The notes under the pieces are model-generated. The model saw only the letters and a program-made list of their open reading frames with translations, was not told where the DNA came from and did no database searches. Positions 11,360 to 23,160 of a DNA stretch of 64,000 nt are shown in pieces. How positions within the stretch are numbered: position 1 is the first letter of the stretch; each line of letters starts with the position of its first letter. The DNA is from Chiloscyllium plagiosum. Lineage: Eukaryota. The position numbers and the translations under genes are program-made. The stretch is from NCBI RefSeq assembly GCF_004010195.1, contig NC_057751.1, positions 9,933,457-9,997,456 of the forward strand, in the 5' to 3' direction.

Positions 11360-14300
11360 TCCTCAGTCAAAGCAAAGCACTCAGAGACATGGTATAGTTT
11401 GATCTCTTTCATCTTTATTCCGGGCCCTGAGTGTGAGAGAATAATTAATAAAGAGTAAACCATCTGCTGTTACACAGTGATTAACTGACTTGAAATAATG
11501 AATGTTTTTCCACCTTGTTAACCCATTACACTTACCTCCAGCACCCCATTGTTACCGAAGTTCTTAGCAGATCTGAATCATGCTCAGCTGAACATCTTGT
11601 TTCACAAAACTCAACTTTTTCCCTGCCTGCTTGTACCCTACACATATTCTCATACCCTCCTTTTATCATTTCATGATAACCAATGGCCTTACCAGCTTTC
11701 ATAAGACGCTGACAGCCAATACTTAAGCAAGTTACTGACACACTGCATATAGTGATTGTAACAACAAAAATTACTAGTCCGTTTCAGTAAATAGAATTTT
11801 AAGAATCCTCCCATGTGGAAGAATAATTCACCAGTAAAGTTGTTAAATCTACACTCCTTAGTGACCACTCCATCCCCTCCAACTCGAGTGGAAACAAGTC
11901 AGTTCTCCCAAATTTCCTTCAGTAAAGTTCAACCTGAAAACAAAATTCAGTCTGTCCTTGTGCATCACTCCACAGAGAAATCCGAATTCTTGAATAATGG
12001 TAGTTAAATACTTAACAAAACTGAAGAGACTTTCATCCTTCTGGAGATATTTCAGATGGAGGATATCAGCACATTTGAGTGTGCAGTGCAGCAGCTGCAA
12101 ACTGCAGGCTAGGTGAATGCAGCATTCTTTGCTACATCTGCTCCAGCTCTGGTGTTGAAATGTAACAAAGCCAACTGGCTGTTGTCATGTTAGTTTGATT
12201 AGTGAACCTTCATATCCCTTAAATGATTGAAAGACAAGGTAAAACCCGCATGGTTTAATATCCATAGGAAGGCCACTGACAAAAATTGTACAGACCTCCT
12301 CTTCACTGTTGTTAGCTTTTTTTTCATGGTCATGACTGGGGAGCTGACTGAATCCGTTGGATCAGGTTGCGGAGGGGTAGACGGTGCTCTGAAGGTGTGC
12401 TTTACCTGCAAATGGGGAAATTCTACAGAAGTATCTTTGCACTTCCTCTCTCATTCCCTCCTTATCAAGGTGGTTAACAGTATAAAGACAGTCGCACATT
12501 TAACTACACTAAATTGCGTCTGCCTGTTTTAACATTCTTTGAATTCTTGAAGTCTGTTACTCTGTTCACTATTTATAGCATCTATTTTTGTACAATCAAT
12601 AAACTTCTAAATTCTACTGCCAAAACAATTCAGTCAATTGTAAACAACAATCAGTGCTCCTAAAATCAAACCCTCGGGTGCCTCCATTTAGATTACTCAA
12701 AAGTTATTTTCTTTTAACAAATTGATACTTGGCTAATGTGAACGCTGTCAGCATAAGTATTTCAGAAGTCTGGAACAGAAAGAAAACATGAAAACATTTA
12801 GCAATTAAAGAGGCGGTTTCAGTTAAGCTTTAAATCTTAAACACTTGTGGGAAACAAATGCTGAATATTTTAAAGTATGTTTTCCAAATGAAATTTCCCA
12901 AGTATGAATAGTCGAACTTCCAGTGACAACTTCAGTAGAGATCAGCATCTTTGAATTTGCAATATGAAGGGGGCCAATGAAGTCTTAACAATAATGAACA
13001 GAACTGAACCAATTCAGCCTCCAGTTCTGATATTCTCTCAAATCTTAAAACATAAAATTGAAAATGCACTGTTCTTTTTGTGAACACTCTGCATTAAAAA
13101 CATAGCAGCAAAGATTATAATACAATACTCTCATCTGGTGAAAGCAGGACCACTGACCCAACCGTTCGTTTTTAAACAGGCATTGTAGAATTGCTAACAC
13201 ATCAGGAGCTCAAGGCACTTAATCAGTTTGTTTTAAGGATACAAGTTTGATAGTTTTAAAAAGGACATAATATTGTACACTTAGAATGTAAAAACAAAAT
13301 CTTCCCCATTACAAAGCCAGTAAAACACATTGAATTAAGATCCAGTATTTTCTGAACCAGTATTTTAACAAACCAAAATATTTAAATATCACATACTCTC
13401 AGCATGGCACAATTTGTGCTGAAACTTTCCTTTTTCAGTGCAAGTATTAGTACAACCTTAATTTCAGCATTTTCTTGTTTTATTTTCCTTCTTCTCACTG
13501 AAATTATACTGACAAAAAAAAGAGAAGGCCCTCTCAGCAGACCACATGGTAGCACAATCCAAGACAACACCCCCCACCCCACCCCCGCCAGAACAAAGAT
13601 TCGCAGAGAATCTCAAATTTCACTCCTCGGAGGACTTAAACCTCAAATCAACCCACCCAGTAGATTTGAACCCCAGTACTGCGCAGAGGATTCTAACCTC
13701 AACCGAACCCACCCAGGGGACTCAAACCCCAGTATCACTTCGAGGACTTGAACCTCAATCACCACCCCCTCCCCGTGCATCGCAGAGGACACAAACCTCT
13801 GCTAGCTAACACACTTGTGAAACTATGTCTCTCAGCTGAACTAATTACCTTTCGAAGATTCTGTCGAATAGAGAGCTATCGAGCGAGGGGGCTGTCTCTC
13901 GCACACAAGAATATCGAGAGGGGCCAAGTTTTAAAATCTTACCTTGAAGGCCCATCAGTCTCACGGCACCGATGTTCAAGGTGGTCACTTGTGCTGTCAG
14001 TCTGGATCCTGCCAACTACACCAATATTTAGTCACCCCATTGCCCCCCCTCCCCCCCCCCCAAAAGTTTGACAACAGTTGTTTTACATCCTTCATTATTT
14101 CGAGCCCTGCGGGAAGAGAGAATGATTGCCCAGTTCTCTGGAACAGCACTTTCTAAATAAAGTATATAGTCATTTTACAGGGAGAAGCATCCAGATAAGG
14201 CAACATACATATTAATTAGGTGACTATTACAATAAGCGAGTATCAGTCAGAAAAAAATTAGCCATCTGCTGTTTCACAATGAATTGACTTCACATAAATG

Positions 14301-14537
14301 AATACTTTTCACCTTGTTAAACTAACCTCACATATGGAATGCTACCTCATCTTGTTAAATGGCTGTACATAATGAATGCTTTTTCATTTGTTAACCCATT
14401 ACCCTTGCCTCCAGCACCCCCATTGTTAACTGCAAGTTCTTATCTGATCTGAGTCATGCTCAGCTGAATCTCTTCTTTCACAAAACTCAGAACTTAACTC
14501 TTTCCCTGCCTGCTTGTATCCTATACGCATTCTGACA
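11360..14537 (-). mobile_element. Degenerate ERV-like LTR element, antisense in POLD2 intron
   Basis: Diverged direct repeats at about 11360-11654 and 14025-14537. On the - strand: TGTCAGAAT start at 14537, PBS TGGTGTAGTTGGCAGGAT (14023-14006, 16/18 to the tRNA-Ser 3' end), PPT AAAAGGAGGG (11664-11655), AATAAA in the 3' LTR (11419-11414) and env-like remnants. Confidence 0.8.
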
Positions 14538-16180
14538 GGGATATGTCAAGTAAATCTTTTCTAAACAGCTTCCAATGCTGTTCTGTTTACCAAATGAGAC
14601 CAAAGCGATACATTCTTCATATGTGATCTCATGTTGACATCTGCTGTAAAAATTTGCAACGTACAGTTTACTTCTAGTTGTCTTCCTGATTACTTGCTTT
14701 ATCTGCTTACCAACGTTTTGCGATTCATGTACCGGGTCACCCACATCTTTGCGTAATACGAAGTTCTGCACGTGCTCGCCATTGAATTTATATATAGCTT
14801 TTCTTGTTTGCTTGCTTCACATATCTATATCCTTCTAGTGCTTTCCATCTTAGCTTAACCAGTGTTCTCATAGCTACCTTGGCATTATTGGCAAATCTAA
14901 TACCATGTATTTAGTCCCTGTTGCCAAGTTATTTATGCACATTGCAAACTGAAATTTGTGGTGTTCTTGTCTGTGACAAGCCATTAGTTAAAGCCTACCA
15001 ACAGAGAAAGACCATCCGATTTCTGTTTGCCTTGATAAAGGACTGATTTGTTCAAATGTTCAACATCTCTGTTCTTAGCTTGTGTAACTTTGACTTGGTA
15101 CCTTTCCAAATTGTTTTGAGAAATCCAAGTAAGTTGTGGCTGCAGGTTCCCCTTGAACAACTTTGCTTACTTTCTCAGAGAACTCTTAACAGGTTAGTTG
15201 AACAAATTGAACAATCCCATGGTCATGCTACTGATAACATTGTGATGTCATCATGTTTTAACCTAAATAAAGAATCTTATGTATGCTGCATGTTTCACTA
15301 ACTAGCCTATAGCTTCCTGTTTTCTGTCTTTGTCTTTTATTGAACAAAGGTGTTGCATTAGCTATTTTCCAGTTCACTTGGACCTTTCCAAAATCTGTGG
15401 AATTGTTGGAAAATTATTAGCCCTGCATTAGCCACTTGTTGAAAAAACGTATGGTATAGGTAATCTGGTACTGAGGACTTGTCAAATTAGGTCTCATTGT
15501 TCTTGTACTTTTTCTCCAGTGACTCATTGTTTTAGGTAGCTCAGTGCCTGTTAATTTTCAAGGATCTGCTGGAACTTTCCTGAAGACACACAAAAGATGC
15601 ATGTTCATCCCCTCTGCCTTTTCCTTGTTATCTGTTTAGTTCTCCAGACTCTCTCTCTCGAGATGAAACAGTTTTTCACCTTTGTACTTGGAGAAACTTG
15701 ATCTGTTTTTAATATTACCATATAGTTTTCTCTTATTATCTAAATTGTCCCAATTTATTAGCTACTCTTTGCTGTTTGCTAAAATATGATCTCCTGAGCT
15801 ACCTTTTTGCAGTTATGTTTGGGCTAACACTTTTCCTATTCATACTTTGCTTTTGTCTCACCATTTAGATTTGACTTCATCAGTTAATCAGGTTTTTCTT
15901 TGTTTCTTATTCAAGTTGGACTTTTAAAATGTGATGAGACTCAAATTCTAGTCCGAGGTGCATTGGAGCAAGTGACTTGGCTCACCTGTACTCCATTCTG
16001 TGAAGAAAAAATCTTTTTTGATACTGGGAATTGCTTTTAATTGTTTCATGTGTTTTTGAATTTAAACTGATTCAAGCTGAGTTGAATGACTGCACCCCTT
16101 TGTCACTTCTGACTTGAATACTCTGTGTACTGAGGGTGATTAATTGTTGTTCCTAATGTCATAAATCTTGTTGCTTTTAG

Positions 16181-16304
16181 CACAACCTGTTGCCTCAACC
16201 AGCACGTACAAAATACACAGATCAATCCGACGAGCTTATTCTAGAGGATGAGCTGCAACGAATCAAATTGGAGGGAAAGATTGATGTTCAGAAATTAGTG
16301 ACAG
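16181..16304 (+). CDS. POLD2: POLD2 coding exon 3
   Basis: ttttag acceptor; [41 protein letters not shown](G); donor gtatgg; 124 nt. Confidence 0.96.
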
Positions 16305-17993
16305 GTATGGCTGGAAGCATTGTTGAAACAATTTTGGTCAATTCCCCGAAAGACCTAGCATTTTAGAGGTGCCAGGATATGTTCTGGACAGGTATTCTGA
16401 TGTGTACCTTTGGATCAAGAGATTTCTTCTGGCTGCTTTGCTTGTTTGTGCTCAACTGGATTTGATGACAAAACTACTATGTAATTATCTGTGACAGTTG
16501 TCCAGTAGCTTTCCAGTGACACATGCAGGTTGTGTTGGTAACTGTATAAATGGAGTTACAAAATTGTAGAAGACAGCTGACCTTGAAACATTATCAGTTG
16601 CATTTACCAAGGCAGGGTTAAATGTTTTTAAGTACGTTCCCGTCAAGTGGACCTTGATGCCTGATTCGTGAGGGGAAGAAGACGTATGGGTGATTTGTCT
16701 TTGATGAAGTGCAGCGCCTCAAATATGCATCTTTTCGTTGGAAAGGTTCCCCGCGTGCTTGTAGTAGAATATCTAGACTAGGTAGTCAATATTGATTTAA
16801 AACAACAGTCCTGGTAGATGTGAGGAGGCGTGTGAAGCCATAGCACATAAAGTGGGGATACCTTTTAAATTGAGCTGCTTTCTTTGTTGATTTTGTGGTC
16901 TTTTTTTTTCGAAAACCCCTAAATTCTGCCAGTCTAAGGAAGTTGTGTAAAAATGATAAGAATAAAAGAGTCATTATTGGAAATAGTGTCCGAAAGTTCT
17001 CTAGAATTTGCAAGATTGAAAAAAGTGTCCATGCATGTTTTTGTTGTACTGAAGTGCTTCCTTGATTTTGGTGTTCGGCATGCTCTCATAAAATTGGTTT
17101 TTCTTCAGATACTATTGTTAAACCTCGTATAACAAATTGTTGATTTGAACATTACCTGTTTGTTGCTTCATGTCAAGTATTTCCAGTATTTTCTTGTTGG
17201 TTAACACTGTTTTGACCTTGTATTTTTAAGTCTGACATCCATTGTTGTCGGTCTTATTGTCAGCTCAAGGATTGGTTCGTTTGAGTATTTCTTGAGGTGT
17301 GACTCATTGAAATTAGCCTTAATGGTTTCTCTAAGAGCTGATACTTGAATCCAACATGTGATAATATGTCCCTTTAAAAGAGAGTTGTAATAACCTGTTT
17401 GTCTTGAAGATGGGTGTTTGTCAACCTGGTGCCTTCTCCATGGAAAGAGAGTGAAGAGCTTTGATTTGTTAAAATTAGGCAAAAGAAGTGTCAGTGGTGG
17501 AGTCAGGCTCACAAACCTAGGGTTTTAGTTCTGCTTTCAGTTGTTGAAGTTGGGGTTTTGGGACTGTAGCGGCAAGATACAGCTGTTTATCTGCTGCCAC
17601 AAACAGCTTGAATTCTGTCCTTGCTGGATTCATTCTGCCTGTGTTCCTTCTGGAATGGAGGGAGATAGTAAGTAAGGGTAATTTGATTTGCTGAATTTGC
17701 CTTTACCAAGGGTGTGTCTATGGGATGCCGCTCTATTGGAACACTTGAGTAGCAGTTAAATAATACATAATTTTGTTAGGTATTTAGATCCAGTTAAAGT
17801 TGTGCCACATTTTTTTAAATATTTGAACTGTGGTTTCAGACTGAAGTGTGTTTTGTTTAAAGCTGCATAGTTTGATCTATCGAATCACATTTGTAACACA
17901 GCGCCTTGCACTTGGCTGTAAATAGTCTTTGATATTTTTTGAGAGGGTTTGATCTGGTACATAACAACCTTGTCCTTGTGGTTTGTTTATCAG

Positions 17994-18108
17994 GTGCAGT
18001 TATTGCATTACTTGGTGCTGAACAGGGTGATGGAAAATTTTTGGTAGAAGATATTTGTACAACTGACATTCCACCACAGCGGCAAATGGCAGGTCCAAAC
18101 ACTGATAG
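17994..18108 (+). CDS. POLD2: POLD2 coding exon 4
   Basis: tatcag acceptor; (G)AVIALLGAEQGDGKFLVEDICTTDIPPQRQMAGPNTD(R); donor gtgagc; 115 nt. Confidence 0.95.
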
Positions 18109-18171
18109 GTGAGCAAAACACTTGTACATCATGGATTTTTGAGACATGAATTAATTAGTTTGTAATATTAA

Positions 18172-18345
18172 GTGAAAGTGAGGACTGCAGATGCTGGAGA
18201 GTCAGAGTTGACAACTGTGACCCTGGAAAAGCACAGCTGGTCAGGCAGCATCGAGGAGTGGGAGATTCGACGATTCGGGCATAAGCCCTTCATCAGGAAT
18301 TGTACATTTCTGCCTGACCTGCGCTCTTTCAGTGCCACATATTTT
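18172..18345. repeat. Short Penelope-derived interspersed repeat
   Basis: gtgaggactgcagatgctgga...cagcatcgaggag...ttcgggcataagcccttcatcagg. Same family as copies at about 37470-37590, 45312-45410 and 48010-48137. Confidence 0.7.
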
Positions 18346-18571
18346 GACTCATTGGCCACATTAAATGCTGCTTTCGGTATTCTTCCTTCTCACATGACTC
18401 CGAGCTTAAAGGTTTTGTTTGACTGACCTTGATAGCTTATCTTCCACTTGGAACATTTCATGGTGAGCAAATTGCATGATGAATTTTATTTGCCATTCTT
18501 AGCAACCTTTAAATTATATACAGAATTTAAGCAGTATGAGAATTAATTGTGTGCTATTTTGCTGTTTAAAG

Positions 18572-18770
18572 GTATGTAATATTAGCCTCTGGTCTTGGCC
18601 TGGGTGGAAAGAATGCAGAAAGTCTTCTTGGCATGCAGCTTCTCATTGACATGGTAACAGGTCAGTTGGGAGATGAGGGTGAACAGAGCAGTGCTGCAAA
18701 AATCTCTCGTGTGATTTTAGCAGGAAATCTTCTCAGTCGGAACACACAGGATAAAGACTCCTTCATCAAG
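18572..18770 (+). CDS. POLD2: POLD2 coding exon 5
   Basis: tttaaag acceptor; [66 protein letters not shown]; donor gtgagc; 199 nt. Confidence 0.96.
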
Positions 18771-19039
18771 GTGAGCAGCTGGTGTTTCACCATGTTATTG
18801 TGTTCTCCTGTTACTTGTAACAAATGAACGCAAAGCTTTGTTAATCATTTTTCTGAACATGGAAATTTGTACATTAATGCAAAAGTGGCAACTGAAACAG
18901 GCAGATGTTACACGAATCTTCTAAAAAGCCAAGTATTAATCTGCTCCTCCCTTGGCAGTTGTCAGTGTGATCTGTTGAGGTCTTGTGCTGCATAAAAGAC
19001 TCTCTGGCCATAGGAATACCTGTGCCATTATATTCTCAG

Positions 19040-21750
19040 AATGCTCATCAAAGTGGAGGCTGGAGAACTCTGGAAAATAAATGTTGAAGAGGAAGTTCTG
19101 GAGGTATTAGGGAATATAAAGGTGGCTAAATGTACAGGACCTGACCAAATGTATTCCAGAATGCTGTGGGAACTAAGGGAGGAAATTGTGGGGCCCATTG
19201 TAGAAGTGAGTGCATCCTGTTTAATTACGGGTGAGATGCTGAATGACTGGAGGGAGGCTAATATTGTGCCCTTGTTTAAGAAGGATTGTAAGGAGAAACC
19301 AGGGAACTATTGACCTGTCAATCTGACATTGGCTGTTGCTAAGTTGTTGGAGGTCATTCTAAAACATAGGATTTATAAGCATTTAAAGAGGCAAAAATTG
19401 ATGAGGGACAGTCAGCATGGTTTTATGCAAGGAAAATCATGTCTCTCAAAATTGATTGAGGCCTTTTGATGATGTCTCCAAGGAGCTTGACAAGGGCAGA
19501 CAGTAGACATTGTTTACTCGGACTTCAGTAAAGCCTTTGGCAAGGTTCTATGTGGTTGACTATTAGTCAAGTTAGTTTGCGTGCAATTCAGGGTGAGCTT
19601 TCCGATTCGATACATGGGTGGCTTAATGGCAGGAAGTGGTGGTTGAAGGCTGCTTCTTGGACTGTAGTCCTGTCACCACCCTGTTGCACAGGAATTGGTT
19701 CTGGGTCCACTTGTGTTTGGCATATACATGAATGATTTGGATGAGAATTCAGAAAGCATGGTTACAATGTTTGCAGATGACACCAAGATTAGTGGTACAA
19801 TGGCCAGTGAAGAAGATTTTGTAAAATTACAAAAGGGTCTTTGGTCAGTGGACTGAAAAATGGCACACAGAGTTCAATTTGGACAAAGGCAAGGTATGGC
19901 ATTTTGGCACAGACCTGCAAAGGACCTCTGCTATTCTTCACCTGTGAAGGATCCACACATTCAAAAAACAGTTATCCTCTAGCTTATCAGACAAAAAGGA
20001 ACGTGAGAGCACCAAATTCTCAAGTACTTACCTCCAAACTCGGGATTCCTCCACCACTCCAGATCTTTCCCCCAGCCTCTGGAACCAGTTGGACACCGTT
20101 ATCCATGCGGCTACTACATCCACCTTTGCTAATGATGACTTCACTTTCACACCTGCCGCTCGACTGACTGCGGCCACTGCTGACCATACTGCCTCCACAA
20201 ATGCTACCAGAACCTCTGCGAAAGCTGCCCTCAATGTCACTTCAGTCCCTGTGGTTGCCACAGCTGTTGGCACTTCTCTCCCTCTCCCCCCCCCCCCCCC
20301 CCACTGATGTCACTCACCAGAGACAATTATGCTGTCCCTGCACACTTTGCCAAAAGCACTGCTTCCGCTTACACTGCCGTAGACGCAACTTCTGAAGCCA
20401 GGTGCCAACTCATAGACACCTCCTATCTCCCCTTTAACCACGACCCCACTTGCTATTACCAAACCATAATAAACTCCCCACCTCCATTCAGGATACCACC
20501 CATGCCTTCCACCTCCTCCATGAGTTTCGTTTCCCTGGCACCCAACGTCTCATCTTCACTACAGACATCCAGTCCCTCTATGTGACCATCCGGCATGGCA
20601 AAGACCTCCAAGCCTTCGGTTTCTTTCTCTGCTGCCGACCCAACAACCAGTACACTTCCACCGACCCACTCATTCAAATGGTCGAACTGGTCCTTACCCT
20701 CAACTTCTCCTTCAAATCCTCCCACTTCCTTCAGAATAAAGGGGTCGGCTTCGGCATCTACAAGGGCCCCCGCTATGCCTGCCTGTTCATAGGACATGTA
20801 GAACAGTCCATCTTCCACAGCTAGACACGCACCAACCCTGCCTTTTTCTCCAAAGGATCATTTCACATGCGGCAGAGATGTTCCTGCACATCCACCAACA
20901 TCATCTACTGTGTCCATTGCTCTCAATGTGGTCTCCTTGACATCAGGGAGACAGGACGCTAACTCAGTGTTTCACGGAAAGCCTCTGGGATACGTGCACC
21001 AAACAGCCCCACTGCCATATTGCCAGCCTCTTCAACTCCTGCTCCTGCTCCACCAAGAACATGCAAGTCCTGGGACGCCTCCACTGTCAACTTCAAGTTA
21101 CCTGACAACTGGAGGGCGGACATCTCATTTTTCTCCTTGGGACCCTTTAATCACACAGCATCAACATCGATTTCACTCGTTTCCAAATCTGCCCCGGCAA
21201 TCCCACATCAAACCCTCCAACTTGGCAATGCCCTCTTGCCCTGTACTACCTGTCTATTTTCCTTCCACTGAACCGCTCCACCCTCCCCACCAACCTATCA
21301 CTATTATCCCATACCTGCATCTACCTATTGCTTTCTCGGCTACCTTCCCCCTAGCATATGCAGTTCTCATTGCAACTGAAGAGGTTGAGAGGTGAGCTTG
21401 GAGAAGTTTATAAAATCAGGATAGCTAGAGGGAGAGTTAATGGTAGGTGTCTTTTCCCTCGGCTTGTGGATTTCAAGACTAGGCAGACTTTTAAGGTGAG
21501 AGGACAGAGATTTTAAAAAGATACAAGGGCAAGTTTTCTCGGTTGCTTTTGGTGTGGAATGTACCTCATGAAGCAGTGGTGGATGTGGGCGCAGTTAGAA
21601 CATTTGAAAGACCCTCAGATAAAGGCTTGAATAGCAAAGGTTTGGAGGGTTTTGAACCAGGAACAGGCACGTGGCACGAGATTAGCTTGGGATTACGTTC
21701 TGCATGGACTGGTTGGACCAAAGGGTCTGTTTCTGAGTTATCTGACTCCA
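19040..21750 (+). mobile_element. CR1-type LINE RT fragment (about 19040-19909 and 21355-21750) interrupted by a Penelope-like remnant (about 19910-21353)
   Basis: CR1 motifs GPDQMYSRMLWELREEI...DWREANIVPLFKK...PGNY and tttgcagatgacacc (FADDT). The nested segment encodes PLE RT-like LIFTTDIQSLYVTIRH and is homologous to the 45312-46585 element. Boundaries approximate. Confidence 0.75.
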
Positions 21751-21919
21751 CAGAGGGGAAAAAAAAAGTCTTTGTTTGCCTCAAATGGTCTGATTCTTCC
21801 AATTATTGTTGGGGGCAGTAATCTTTGGCGATCTAGCTTCTGAGACATAATGCAGTTTTGGTTGATATCAGATAGTGGTTGTGTGTCATTATAACTTTGT
21901 CATCGAATATGTGTTCCAG

Positions 21920-22000
21920 GCCAAGTATCTAACAAAGAAGACTCAGGCAGCCAGCGTGGAAGCCATTAAAATGCTCGATGAGATCCTGGTGCAGCTAAGT
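21920..22000 (+). CDS. POLD2: POLD2 coding exon 6
   Basis: ttccag acceptor; [27 protein letters not shown]; donor gtgcgt; 81 nt. Confidence 0.96.
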
Positions 22001-22168
22001 GTGCGTATTTAATTCTGTTCATAGCTTTCTGCTGCTGGTACTGTGTGCGCTGAACATATCTGTTGGGAAATAGTTGGTTTAAACTGCATGTTTAGCTGAA
22101 TAAATTGTTGCCCAGCTGTGTGCACGTTCATTCAAGTATGCACTATCTTTTTTCTTTGTTTACTGCAG

Positions 22169-22326
22169 GCCTCGGTTCCTGTAGATTGTATGCCTGGGGA
22201 ATTTGATCCAACAAATTACACCTTGCCACAGCAGCCACTCCACCACTGTATGTTTCCGCAGGCTATGACTTATCCCACAATGCAGCTTGTCACCAACCCT
22301 TATCAAGCAGACATTGATGGAGTAAG
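22169..22326 (+). CDS. POLD2: POLD2 coding exon 7
   Basis: ctgcag acceptor; [52 protein letters not shown](R); donor gtacga; 158 nt. Confidence 0.97.
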
Positions 22327-22625
22327 GTACGAATGCAGGAAGATTCGAAGTGCAACAATAGAGATGGCTGAAATTGAAATTATTCTGATAAACATGGCTG
22401 TAACTGTTCCCTTCATGTGAAGCATGAAGTTGCAGTTCGCGATCACCTTCTGAAGGACACCTTCAGATGGCACTAACTGCTGTCTCAGCCACTGATGCCC
22501 ATTTCCCATGAATGAATATTTGAAGTAACTCAAAATTGAATTCAAGAAGCAACAAAAAAAACATGTCTGTTGATGTTTTTATAAATCCAAAAGTGAAAGG
22601 CTATGCTTCATGTCCTTCTGCTCAG

Positions 22626-22753
22626 GTTCCTGGGAACATCTGGACAGAATGTGAAGGACATTTTCTGCTACAGTTCGATGGAGGATCATCTTGAGATCTT
22701 GGAGTGGACTTTACGGATTGGCCACATGAGTCCCACTTCGCCGGACACCCTTG
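22626..22753 (+). CDS. POLD2: POLD2 coding exon 8
   Basis: gctcag acceptor; [42 protein letters not shown](G); donor gtaagt; 128 nt. Confidence 0.97.
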
Positions 22754-23058
22754 GTAAGTACTTCAAGAACAAAGTTCATTTTGGAAAACTGTACTTGTCA
22801 GGAGTGTCTGTCATCTTTTAAGTAATATATGTTAATTTTTTGTTTTGTGAAGAATATTCCTTGCTTAGAGCTATGTTCAAATGCAGTTTTTAAAATGAGA
22901 CAGTATTTATGGTTTACTTGGGACTATGGTTGATCAGATCCGCACTTGTCCGGAATATAATTTTCTAAATGTGTATTTAAATTATTTGTCATTTAGTATT
23001 CTGTTGAAGTGGTAGTTTTGGAGTAATGAACATGTTTATCTTTTTTTTAATCTCTTAG

Positions 23059-23160
23059 GATGTTACCCATTCTACATGAATGATCCATTCATTTTTGAGG
23101 AGTGTCCACATGTTTACTTCTGTGGCAATGCTCCATCATTCCAATCAAAAATTCTAAAAG
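23059..23160 (+). CDS. POLD2: POLD2 coding exon 9
   Basis: tcttag acceptor; [33 protein letters not shown](G); donor gtgagg; 102 nt. Confidence 0.96.

Noticed and set aside
13630..13802. Regularly spaced palindromic repeats resembling a CRISPR array
   Set aside because: Vertebrate context, short degenerate repeats with repeated rather than unique spacers, and no cas genes. Better explained as an ERV leader repeat.
20028..20307. Ala/Thr-rich ORF resembling an antifreeze or mucin-like peptide
   Set aside because: Lies inside the nested Penelope-like remnant, is low complexity and has no splice or promoter context.
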